From the NCBI GenBank assembly GCA_963662715.1, contig OY759724.1, forward strand, positions 2,522,662 to 2,586,661: DNA of 64,000 bases, read 5' to 3'. The notes beneath the pieces were generated by a model. The model did no database searches and was not told the DNA's origin. It saw only the letters and a list, made by a program, of their open reading frames with translations. Shown piece by piece: positions 48,277 through 58,075 of this stretch. The DNA is from Candidatus Omnitrophota bacterium (GTDB lineage Bacteria; Omnitrophota; Gorgyraeia; Zapsychrales; JANLHA01). Made by a program: the position numbers and the translations under genes. The first letter of the stretch is position 1, and the number at the start of each line of letters is the position of its first letter.

Positions 48277-49248
48277 ATGGCCGATAAAAGAAAAGAGTCC
48301 GGCACTTCTATGAGAGAAGTAAATTATTTGCGTATTTCAGTGACGGATAGATGTAATCTGAAATGTTTTTATTGCATGCCGCAAAACGGCATTGAGCCTG
48401 TCCGGCCCTCCGATATGTTAAGCCTGGAAGATATCGAAAGACTGGCCAGAATCTTTGCGGGGCTTGGATTCAAGAAGATCCGGCTGACCGGGGGAGAGCC
48501 TCTTTTAAGAGTCGGGATCGTTGACCTGGTCAGGAGGATCGCCCGTCTTAACGGTATCCGGGAGGTTTGCCTGACGACAAACGGGGTTCTGCTGGCGGAT
48601 TATGCGGTCCCGTTAAGGCAGGCCGGTTTGACAAGCGTCAATGTCAGCCTTGATACCTTACAGGAAAAAAAGTTCAGGGCCATTACGCAGGCCGACGCTT
48701 TTAAACAGGTCATGCAGGGGCTTGCGAAAATAAAGGCGGCGGGTTTTTCTCCGGTAAAAATAAATGTCGTGGTGATGAACGGTGTTAATGATGATGAAAT
48801 CCTGGACTTTCTTCACTATTCCCTGGAGAACGGTTTTATCGTTAAGTTCATCGAACTGATGCGGATTGCCCCTTCCTGGAAAGCGGAGCGTTTTTTCCCC
48901 GTGGCCGATATTAAAGACAGGTGCCGGAGCATAGCTCCCCTGGATTTGATCGAAGGTTACAGCTCGGGGCCGGCGGAATATTATAAATTTAAAAACGGCA
49001 TTATAGGATTCATCAGAACAGACGAAAATTTGTGCCGGGTCTGTTCCAGACTGAGGATGACCTCCACGGGGGAGCTGAAAGTTTGTCTTTATGAGAACGA
49101 AGGCATGTCTTTGCGGGACCTGATAAGACAGAAAACCCCCAACGGCTTTATCCGTCAGGTCATTCAGGAGAAGATCGCCCTTAAGGCATCGGTGAGTCAT
49201 AAGAATTGGGAGTCTTCCCGGGTTTATATGTGTCGTGTCGGAGGGTAA
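48277..49248 (+). CDS. moaA: GTP 3',8-cyclase MoaA (radical SAM, Moco biosynthesis)
   Basis: LRISVTDRCNLKCFYCMP radical-SAM cluster motif; MoaA-length with C-terminal auxiliary-cluster cysteines (CRVCSRLRMTSTGELKVC). Confidence 0.9.
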   Translation: MADKRKESGTSMREVNYLRISVTDRCNLKCFYCMPQNGIEPVRPSDMLSLEDIERLARIFAGLGFKKIRLTGGEPLLRVGIVDLVRRIARLNGIREVCLTTNGVLLADYAVPLRQAGLTSVNVSLDTLQEKKFRAITQADAFKQVMQGLAKIKAAGFSPVKINVVVMNGVNDDEILDFLHYSLENGFIVKFIELMRIAPSWKAERFFPVADIKDRCRSIAPLDLIEGYSSGPAEYYKFKNGIIGFIRTDENLCRVCSRLRMTSTGELKVCLYENEGMSLRDLIRQKTPNGFIRQVIQEKIALKASVSHKNWESSRVYMCRVGG

Positions 49249-49264
49249 ACATGGAGCCGGATAA

Positions 49265-49702
49265 ATGAAAATGATTGATATTTCCGAAAAACCCGTGACA
49301 AAGAGAACGGCTTGGGTTGAGGCGACAGTGGTTCTTAAGCCTTCGGTCATACGGGCTGTTAAACAGAAGAAAATACCCAAGGGCGATGTCCTGGAAGCGG
49401 CGAGATTGGCCGGTATCCTTGCGGCCAAGAAAACATCCATACTTTTGCCTTTATGCCATCCGGTCCCCCTGGAATACGTCGAGCTTGAATTTGTCCTTAA
49501 ACGGAAAGAAATCGTTGTTAAGGCGATTGTTGAAGGCGAAGCCAAAACAGGGGTGGAAATGGAGGCCTTTACGGCGGCCTCCGTGGCTTGTCTGACCATT
49601 TATGACATGTGCAAATCCCTGGACCGGGCCGGGTGCATTTCCGGGATAAAATTATTAAAGAAAACAGGAGGCAGAAGCGGGTCTTATGAAAGAGCAGAGT
49701 AA
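49265..49702 (+). CDS. moaC: Cyclic pyranopterin monophosphate synthase MoaC
   Basis: KGDVLEAARLAGILAAKKTSILLPLCHP…TGVEMEAFTAASVACLTIYDMCK; MoaC signature. Confidence 0.9.
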   Translation: MKMIDISEKPVTKRTAWVEATVVLKPSVIRAVKQKKIPKGDVLEAARLAGILAAKKTSILLPLCHPVPLEYVELEFVLKRKEIVVKAIVEGEAKTGVEMEAFTAASVACLTIYDMCKSLDRAGCISGIKLLKKTGGRSGSYERAE

Positions 49703-50198
49703 GGGGGTTGTTGCGGCCGTGTCCGTTGCTGCCGAAAGGGGCATGAAAAAAAGAAATGTCCCTTTCGCGGTCTTGAAGAAAGATCATGGAATCATCGGAG
49801 ACGCCCATGCCGGCGACTGGCACAGGCAGGTCAGTTTATTGGCCATGGAGTCGGTTGAAAAGATGCGGCAGAAAGGGTTTGACGTTCATCCGGGTGATTT
49901 TGCGGAAAATATCAATGTTAAGGGCCTTGATCTTTTGCGGATCAAGGTGGGACAGAAAGTCCGGATAGGAGAGGACATCCTTCTGGAAATCAGCCAAATA
50001 GGAAAAGAATGCCACGAGCGATGCCGTATTTATTATCAGGCCGGGGATTGTATTATGCCGAGAGAAGGCTTGTTCGCAAAAGTCATAAGCGGAGGCAGGA
50101 TCCGCGTCGGGGATGAAATAGAAATCCTGGAGAATCTTCCCGGAGGTATTCATGCCGGATGCCCGGAGAATGATCAGAATAAACATATCTGTTTATGA
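49686..50198 (+). CDS. MOSC-domain protein (molybdenum cofactor sulfurase C-terminal-like beta-barrel)
   Basis: About 170 aa with the MOSC-like pattern …GIIGDAHAG…HRQVSLLAMESVE…GDFAENINVKGLDL…GQKVRIGEDILLEISQIGKEC. Co-located with moaA/moaC. Confidence 0.65.
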   Translation: MKEQSKGVVAAVSVAAERGMKKRNVPFAVLKKDHGIIGDAHAGDWHRQVSLLAMESVEKMRQKGFDVHPGDFAENINVKGLDLLRIKVGQKVRIGEDILLEISQIGKECHERCRIYYQAGDCIMPREGLFAKVISGGRIRVGDEIEILENLPGGIHAGCPENDQNKHICL

Positions 50199-50345
50199 TA
50201 AAAGAGCATGAAAAATGTTGGGGAAAAAGTTGTTGAGTGTGTTATAATTTTTCATTAAATTTCTGCTTTTTATGAAACAGGTGTTATGTCCAAGGCCCTG
50301 GACCTGAAAATCCAATAAAAGATCAAATCTTTTTACTATATTTTA

Positions 50346-51095
50346 TTGTCCTTTCGGATGAAGCTTATTATCAAAATATTTGTTTTTATCGAGAGCACAG
50401 TCATCCCGCTGCTGTTTTTCGGGGCGATTATGCGTCATATCATCTTTCTCGTGTTTCATTTTCATATGTTTGTTTCCTGCCTGGCAAAGCTCGTCCAGGA
50501 TTTTCACGATATTCATGTTCATATAGCCATAGCTGCATACCTCACGACCGCGGCTTTAATGCTTTTCCATATAACCGTTTTTGCGGGGCTCATTATCCGC
50601 CGTAAAACACAAAAGGATCCGGAAAATTTTTTGGAGATTATTGTCCCGCTGCTTTCGACATTCTTTTATCTTTTATTCGGTTTTACCCAATATTCCCCGC
50701 AGGCATTAAAGATTCTGCTTCTCCCCAAAGGATTTTTTTACGTATCCATTCTTCTGGGCGCTTTTATCAATATGGTCGGTTTATGTATTGCCACAGCGGC
50801 GGCATACAATTTGAGATATTCCTTCAGTGTTTATGCGGAGGTAAGAGACATCGTTTCTCAAGGGCTTTACCGTTATGTGCGTCATCCGATTTATTTCGGC
50901 TACTGTCTAACGATGATCGGCCTGCTGATCATGAATGCCCGCCTGGATCACCTCATCTTGACGGTATGCGCCCTTTTGCTGAGCCTGTACCGCGCCCGTA
51001 TTGAGGAAAAGAAATTATTGCTTAATTCTGAAGTTTACCGCGAATATGCCCAGAGAACGCCTTTCATCATTCCATCTTTAAAAAGAGTCTATTAA
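50346..51095 (+). CDS. Isoprenylcysteine carboxyl methyltransferase (ICMT/PEMT)-family membrane methyltransferase
   Basis: Multi-TM protein; C-terminal conserved GLYRYVRHPIYFGYCLTMIGLLIMNA…RIEEKKLL motif of the ICMT family. Confidence 0.65.
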   Translation: MSFRMKLIIKIFVFIESTVIPLLFFGAIMRHIIFLVFHFHMFVSCLAKLVQDFHDIHVHIAIAAYLTTAALMLFHITVFAGLIIRRKTQKDPENFLEIIVPLLSTFFYLLFGFTQYSPQALKILLLPKGFFYVSILLGAFINMVGLCIATAAAYNLRYSFSVYAEVRDIVSQGLYRYVRHPIYFGYCLTMIGLLIMNARLDHLILTVCALLLSLYRARIEEKKLLLNSEVYREYAQRTPFIIPSLKRVY

Positions 51096-51208
51096 CCGGG
51101 ATGACAAGCGGTGCGCCGGCCAGGAAACGAAGGAACTCCTGTCTTTTCTGCCTGACTCCTTTCGTCTCACGGGATCAGGATCAATCATCACATTGAGATA
51201 TCGTCATT

Positions 51209-52609
51209 ATGAAAAATAATACATCCGGCAGTATGCGAGAAATGATCGTTATCGCTTTCCCGATGGTCGTATCGCATGCCTGCGACACGGTCATGATCTT
51301 TACCGACAGAGTGTTCTTGGCAAGACTCGGTTCGCTACATATGACGGCGGCCATGGCCGGGGGCATGTCGTCTTTTATGCTGATGTCCTTTTTCCTGGGG
51401 CTCACCGGGTACTCAACGGCATTGGTGGCCCAGTTCTTCGGCGCCCGACAGAAGAACAAATGTGCTGTTGTAACAATTCAAAGTCTTTTAATTTCGGTAT
51501 TGGCGTATCCGCTGGTTTTGCTGTGCCGCCCGCTTGTCTTATGGATTTTTCAGAATTCCGGGATAGACCCGCAGCAGGTCGCCTACCAGACCGTGTATTT
51601 TAATATCATTATTTTTTCTGTGCTTATCAGCCTGGCCCGCAGTTCTTTAAGCGGATTCTTTTGCGGTATTGGACGGACGAGAATCGTTATGATCGCGTCT
51701 ATCATATCCATGGCCGCCAATATTATCCTGAACTACATTCTGATTTTCGGGAAATACGGGCTTCCGGCTCTGGGGATCCAGGGGGCGGCGATCGGGACGA
51801 TCATCGGCAGCCTTATCGGCGTCCTTGTCCTGTTTGTTTCCTATCTCAGTAAAAAGTATGCGTTTGAATTTCAGACGGACAGTTCGTTTGCGTTTGATAA
51901 AGACATTATGCGTAAACTGCTGCACTTCGGCTATCCGTCAGGCATAGAATTATTCCTGAATTTTACAGCGTTCACCTGTATGATGTTTTTATTTCATGCC
52001 GAAGGCGCTGTTGCCGCAACCGCGACGACCATTATGATCAACTGGGATATGGTCTCTTTCGTGCCTCTGCTGGGCATCGAGATCGGGGTGACAAGTCTGG
52101 TCGGCCGGTATATGGGCGCCGGGCAGCCCCATATTGCCCACCGTTCAACTTTGTCAGGTCTGAAGCTGGGAAGCATGTACTCCGCTGTTATTTTTATTTT
52201 CTTTATGTTTTTCCCCCAGCAGCTGGTCTCCTTTTTTAAACCTGAGGATGTCAGCGTCATTTACCGGCAGGCGGTGCCTATTGCCGTATCGATGCTGCGC
52301 ATAGCCTGCCTGTACGTTTTTGTGGAGACCGTTATCGTGGCGCTTGTCGGGGCCTTGAGAGGGGCAGGCGATACGTTTTGGGCCATGAGTTTGACGGTGG
52401 GCCTGCATGTATTTATTGTGATTGTTCAATTCCTTTGTTTAAGAATATACGGCATGTCTATTGAAAAAACCTGGCTGCTGCTTGTGATGTCATTCCTGGC
52501 AGGAACGTTTTTGATCGCCTGGAGATATTCTTCCGGACAATGGAAGCGTTTAAAGGTTGTCAGTGCGACAGGTGACATTGTGCAGACAGACGGTTTTCAC
52601 GAAGGATGA
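51209..52609 (+). CDS. MATE-family efflux transporter (second copy)
   Basis: 12 TM helices; MATE N-terminal motif (MREMIVIAFPMVVSHACDTVMIFTDRVFLARLG). Confidence 0.8.
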   Translation: MKNNTSGSMREMIVIAFPMVVSHACDTVMIFTDRVFLARLGSLHMTAAMAGGMSSFMLMSFFLGLTGYSTALVAQFFGARQKNKCAVVTIQSLLISVLAYPLVLLCRPLVLWIFQNSGIDPQQVAYQTVYFNIIIFSVLISLARSSLSGFFCGIGRTRIVMIASIISMAANIILNYILIFGKYGLPALGIQGAAIGTIIGSLIGVLVLFVSYLSKKYAFEFQTDSSFAFDKDIMRKLLHFGYPSGIELFLNFTAFTCMMFLFHAEGAVAATATTIMINWDMVSFVPLLGIEIGVTSLVGRYMGAGQPHIAHRSTLSGLKLGSMYSAVIFIFFMFFPQQLVSFFKPEDVSVIYRQAVPIAVSMLRIACLYVFVETVIVALVGALRGAGDTFWAMSLTVGLHVFIVIVQFLCLRIYGMSIEKTWLLLVMSFLAGTFLIAWRYSSGQWKRLKVVSATGDIVQTDGFHEG

Positions 52610-52801
52610 ACCGTTGGTCCCCGGGGATATTTTTCCCTGAAAAAAGATAAAGGAAGGGAAGCCCCGTATTTTGTTTAAATTGCGGCTTTTTTTCCTTTTT
52701 TTTATGATTTTCCGTATTAGTATTGATAGATATCATATCTATGCTATACTTAGAAAGTAGTAATCCTGTCTCCACCCTAAAAATTAATACCTATTTTCAG
52801 C

Positions 52802-55800
52802 TTGTTATATAGAGCAAAGGAGTGTGTTTTGTCTTTGGGAAGAATACTCTGTTCCAGAATTTTTAGTTATGTATTAACGATAATAATCACTTTCACCTTT
52901 GTTTTTTACCCTCTGACACCTTCCCGTTATGTTTTTGCCCGGGAAGCGGCCATCCTCGGTTTGCCTGTTCCAGGAACACAGCTCCGGACGTCTGAAAGCT
53001 ATGAGCCGGCTCTTGTCAAAGGCATAACGATATATCCCGACAAGCCTCTGCAATTTAATTTTATTGTTCATCCGGGGGATGACCGGTTGAAGGGTGAGGC
53101 CCTGCAGCAGGAATCTTTAAAGATGATTAAATATTTCCTGGCTACCCTGACTATCCCGAAAGACGAGATGTGGGTCAATTTGTCCCCTTATGAGAAGGAC
53201 CGCATTATTCCTGAAAATCTCGGTATAACGGAAATAGGCCGGGACATGCTGGCGCAGGATTATCTTCTTAAGCAGTTAACCGCTTCCTTAATATATCCGG
53301 AAGAGTCCCTGGGCCGCCGTTTCTGGGACCGCGTCTATAACAAAGTGTATAAGGAATTCGGATTAAAAGAGGTCCCGATCAACACCTTTAATAAAGTCTG
53401 GATCGTCCCGGATAAAGCCGTTGTTTACGAACATGACAATACCGCGTTTGTCATTGACCAGCATTTGAAAGTCATGCTGGAGGAAGATTATCTTGCCTTG
53501 CAGGAAAGCCGGGGTTCGGATGTTTTCCGCAAAAAGAAGATGGATGAAAAAGAGATTTCGGGCATCAACCACGTCTCCTCGGAAATTCTGCGCACCATTA
53601 TTATCCCTGAGATAGAAAAGGAAGTTAACTCAGGCAGAACGTTTGCCGACTTAAGGCAGATCTATAACGCCATGATTCTGGGTATATGGTACAAACAGAC
53701 ACTCAAGAATAGTTTGTTGGCGTCTGTTTATGCCGACCAAAATAAAATTGTCGGCGTGGATGTTGATGATAAGGAGATCAAAGAAAAGATTTACAGACTT
53801 TACATTGAAGCGTACGGGAAAGGGGTCTTCAATTATATCCGTGAAGATACTGATCCCCAGACGCAGGATGTCATCCCGAGAAAATATTTCTCCGGGGGAC
53901 TGGTGGCCCCGGCCCAGGTTACGGTCAAGAACGATTTCGCTCAATTGAATACTGCCGAAAGGCGGAATGTCCGCACGATCGTCAGTTCCCCGATCCAGCA
54001 TCAGGGGATTATTGTCAAAACTTTGGAGCTGAGCCGTCCGGATGCTGAGGCCCGGATTTTAGACATGCTGCGGCAGGCTCTGTTAAAAGATGAGGGGAGA
54101 ACGTTCAGCGTTCTTCAGGACGTGGCCGATTTATTATCCCGGGACGACATGAGGACGATCCCTGATATTCGTGCGGCCCTGGAGCCCTTCAGGGGACGGT
54201 ATTTTTATGACCTGGCCTACGGATATCAGAAAGACAGCCTTGTGCTGGAGCGGGGGGCGGAACTCTGGCTGGTCGTTGATGCGGCCAAGAGAGAAGGGGA
54301 CCGGCTTTACCGGTACATCAAGGCCCGGGACAGTGTTAAGGAAGAAGGCGACAAAGATATCCGTGAGATCATGGATTTCCCGGAGAGTCACTGGCAGATC
54401 GTGCGGGTCCGCAAGGGCGACCTGGAACAGGACAAGCTTATTGATCTGCAGTTGATCGAAGACCATGATTTCCGTGTTATTGACCTGGTGGAAGAAGGGC
54501 GGGATTTAAGAGAAGATGATATCGGGCAGGGTATCGAAGGAGCCAGAGACAGGATTATCGGGGAACTGGATTATCAGGATTATTTGCAGTCGTTTGTGTC
54601 GAGATTGCAGGGAAAAACGATAATGGACGAGAGCGGCCGGACCATCCCGTTATTTGTGAATGAAAAAATCCGGACCGGGGAAGATTTATTAACGGCTTTT
54701 GAACAGGCCCGTCCTTTTCTCGATCAGTTCGATGAGAGCGACCCTATGGAGGATGTGTATGCGCGTTTGCGGGATGTAGGCCTGGAACGCGGCTGGGGAG
54801 ACACGCTGTCCGAAATGAAGACGAGGCTGGATTTGCTGCTGGAATCCGCCGGGGCTGCAGATTCCGTGAGCAGAAAAAGCCTTTTAATGGAACTGGATGA
54901 CCTGACCCCCACAGCGTTATCAGCCGTCTTTGTGAGTACCCATGGATGGTTTGTCCAGGAAAATGCTTTCGGGAAACCCGATACGGGCGGTCAGGTGAGT
55001 TTTGTGCGGGACGAAGCCAAAGCCATGGCTAAAGAGATCGCCGGTAAGATGGAAAGAGCCGGGATTCCCGGTAAAGCTGTCGCCCTGATATTCACGCGCC
55101 TGATTCCCAAAGCCGAGGACACGACCGCCGATCTTCCGGAGGAGTCGGTCTACGAGGATGACCGTCAGGTCGTTAAACTGGTCCGGGTGCCTTTTGAGGA
55201 TCAGGAGCGGTCCGGGGAGGTCAGGGGCCGTCCGCAACCTAAAAATATTCTGGAAGTCATTCAGGCTTTTATCCGGCGGTTTGAAATATGGTCGTATATT
55301 ACTCAGGAAGAATTTATTAATACGGCCGGAGCCAGGATAACAGAGGTGATGAACAGGTACGGGCAGGAGGGGCCGGATATTATTATGGGGAATTATTCCG
55401 ACGGGAACCTGCTGGCGGGCAAATTGTCGGACTATTATGGCGGGAACGTCCCGGTTGTCATGACAGCCCATGCCCTGGAATTGAGCAAATATTTTAAAAG
55501 CATGCTGGAAAACGGCCGCCTGATCGATAACTGGTTTGAGACGGAAGACGGCCGTTATTTGGCGGCCCAGGCTTTGATCGATGCCTGGGTGATGCGTAAG
55601 GCCGATATTATCGAGACGAGCACGTTGCTGGAAATACTCGGCCAGTATTCCTATTATGAATCATTTGAATTTGAAAATCTTTTCCGGGTGGATAACGGGA
55701 TTAAACTTACGGACGGAAAGTTTGTCCTGAATGAACCCAGCGTTGACCAGCGGACAGTAACAAACCCGGACGGGCTGTTCTTCGCCTATGAAGGGCCTGA

Positions 55801-57025
55801 TGATGTCCGCCGGCAGGAGTTTGCCGATGCCAATGCTCTCTGGCAGGCCAAGATTTTTGCTGCTCCTGATGGCAAAAATAAAGTCTACGACCGGTTCGCT
55901 GACTGGAAAGATTCATCCAAACCGGTTGTTTTCACGATGGCGCGTTTTGATTCCCGGAAAAATATTGCGGGCCTGGTTGAGGAGTTCGCTAAAGCGGGCC
56001 TTAAAGACAGGGCCAATCTGGTGATCGTCGGCGGCAACACGGATTATATTATCGACGGAGACGGCAAGGTCGTCTTTAAAAGCCAGGACGGGTCTGACGA
56101 CATGAACGCCGAGGAACTCGCTATCGCGGAAAAGATTCTTGCCTTAGTGGAGCAATACGGTTTAGACGGACACATCCGCTGGATTTCGGCCAGTACTATT
56201 GCCCGTGAATCGGCTGAATTGTACCGGGTTATGGAAGCCCATCCCCAGGGGGCGATTTTCGCCCAGCCGGCTATTTTTGAGGCTTTTGGTTTAACAATTC
56301 TGGAAGCTATGGTCACAAAACTTATGGTTGTGGCTACGGATCAGGGAGGCCCGGCAGAGATCATCCGCCATCACCAGGACGGTTTTCTGGCCAATCCTGA
56401 AATCCCGGGAGAGTTCGGGGAACGGTTGGGGGAAGCTTTGGATGCCCTGGCCAACGCTGAACAGAAACAGGCGATTATCCATTCTGCCCTGGAACGGATC
56501 GCCAGTAAATACAGCTGGCGCAGGCGGGTGCAGAGAACCTTGCAGGCGACGAAATTGTTTTCCACGCTTAATGATGTTGACCGGAATCAGCGTCCGGACC
56601 ACTGGCAGGCCCGGAAACAATCCCAGGAGAAGGTTTACCGGGATATCCTGGATATGATTGACAATCTGGTGTGGGTTCATAAACTGGACCTTATTCCGCC
56701 GGAAGCACAGCCGGAAATGGAAAACCTGATCGGTGAGCAATTCAGAACGGGGGCGGAAGCCGTTTCAAGCCCGCTGGCTCAGGACGCCGAGACAGATGCC
56801 GGGTCTTATTACGGCGGTATCGATTTGAATTCAGATATGCTGGACCTGCAGATCAAACGTGACGGCCGGGGCGTGGCCCTGCCGCTTCCTCAGCAGCCGA
56901 TTCAGAATATGACAATCCAGGGATTCATGCCGATCATCATTGATGTTGTCCCGGTGAATGTTCCCTTGTTGTTAGGGACCTTGGAAAGCTCCTCTGATAA
57001 TATGCCGTCCGATGACGAAACATAG
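52802..57025 (+). CDS. 1407-aa sucrose-synthase-like glycosyltransferase (GT4, GT-B fold) with a roughly 400-aa N-terminal membrane-anchored extension of unknown function and a roughly 100-aa C-terminal tail
   Basis: Central and C-terminal regions match sucrose-synthase hallmarks in order. (a) GLERGWGDT…RLDLLLE (SuS [10 protein letters not shown]…LLDLLEAP). (b) [34 protein letters not shown] (SuS [33 protein letters not shown]). (c) [22 protein letters not shown]…ANLVIVGG (SuS [22 protein letters not shown]…). (d) [36 protein letters not shown] (SuS [36 protein letters not shown]). The N-terminus carries a hydrophobic helix ([19 protein letters not shown]). Confidence 0.75.
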   Translation: [1407 protein letters not shown]

Positions 57026-57112
57026 TCTTTAGGTCTGCCCGAGAAATTGAGCATTCCTGTCGTGCTGGACGGGAATGCGGCATTTTTATGGCGGAGACAG
57101 GACATTTCAAAA

Positions 57113-57144
57113 AGAGATCAACCATAAGGTTGATCTCTTTTTTG
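57113..57144 (+). terminator. Rho-independent terminator, agagatcaacc-ataa-ggttgatctct plus T6
   Basis: Perfect 11-bp stem plus T tract after the sucrose-synthase-like gene. Confidence 0.65.
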
Positions 57145-57301
57145 TGTCCGGGAAGGGGCGTTGCGAATCGTAAGCCTAGGAACCGGAAACTGTGCTGTCG
57201 GGGGCAGCGTTCTTAACGGGGCAGGGCAAAGGGCCGACTTTAATGGTTGAGATTTCTATCTGCCGGTGTTACATTAAGAAGGAAATTTTTAACGACATAA
57301 T

Positions 57302-58075
57302 TTGGAGAATAACTCTATGAATATTAATTTTAGTAAACCCGCTGTTGAGATTAACGATTTGACCGTGGCTTATCAAGAGAGTCCTGTCTTATGGGATATT
57401 GATCTTAATATTCCCAAAGGGGTTTTATCCGCCATCATCGGGCCTAACGGAGCGGGTAAAAGTACGCTCATCAAGGCCATTTTGGGACTGCTGCGGCCCG
57501 TGGCCGGCGAGGTTTTTGTTTTCGGCGAGCCTTACAAAAAACAGCGTCAGGTGGTGGGGTATGTTCCTCAGAGAACCAGTGTTGACTGGGATTTTCCTGC
57601 CAGTGTTTTGGATGTCGTGATGATGGGGCTTTACGGCCGGTTGGGATGGATTAAACGCCCCGGTAAAGCGGAAAAGGATATGGCGCTGGAAGCTTTGCAT
57701 AAAATGGGCATGGCGGAGTTTGCCGGCCGCCAGATCAGTCAATTATCCGGAGGGCAGCAGCAGCGGACCTTCCTGGCCCGGGCTCTGGTTCAGGATGCGC
57801 TGGTTTATTTTATGGATGAACCTCTGCAGGGTGTCGATATCCACACGGAGAAAGCCGTTATCCGTTTGCTGCATGAATTGCGCGACCAGGGAAAGACCCT
57901 GATGGTGGTTCATCATGACCTGCAGACAGTTTCGGAATATTTTGACTGGGTCGTGATGCTGAACAAACGTTTAACTGTGAGCGGGAAAGTGGAGGATGTT
58001 TTTACGGAAGAGAATCTTCGGCAGACATACCGCGGCATGATGTCGTTCATGCATAAGACCGTACCGGCCAGTTGA
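57302..58075 (+). CDS. Metal (Zn/Mn-type) ABC transporter ATP-binding protein
   Basis: Walker A GPNGAGKST, signature LSGGQQQR, Walker B VYFMDEP; ZnuC/MntB-type size and operon context. Confidence 0.85.
   Translation: MENNSMNINFSKPAVEINDLTVAYQESPVLWDIDLNIPKGVLSAIIGPNGAGKSTLIKAILGLLRPVAGEVFVFGEPYKKQRQVVGYVPQRTSVDWDFPASVLDVVMMGLYGRLGWIKRPGKAEKDMALEALHKMGMAEFAGRQISQLSGGQQQRTFLARALVQDALVYFMDEPLQGVDIHTEKAVIRLLHELRDQGKTLMVVHHDLQTVSEYFDWVVMLNKRLTVSGKVEDVFTEENLRQTYRGMMSFMHKTVPAS

Noticed and set aside
53363-56740. Multiple antisense ORFs inside the sucrose-synthase-like gene (for example 54920-55471, 56291-56740)
   Set aside because: All lie inside a 1407-aa ORF with strong family motifs. They have antisense composition and no RBS.
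57060-57300. Looked for a Zur/Fur/DtxR-type palindromic box upstream of the metal ABC operon
   Set aside because: The only clear palindrome (57113-57138) is followed by a T tract and is better explained as the terminator of the upstream gene. No convincing AT-rich 7-1-7 or DtxR-like box was seen by eye, and a motif search is needed.
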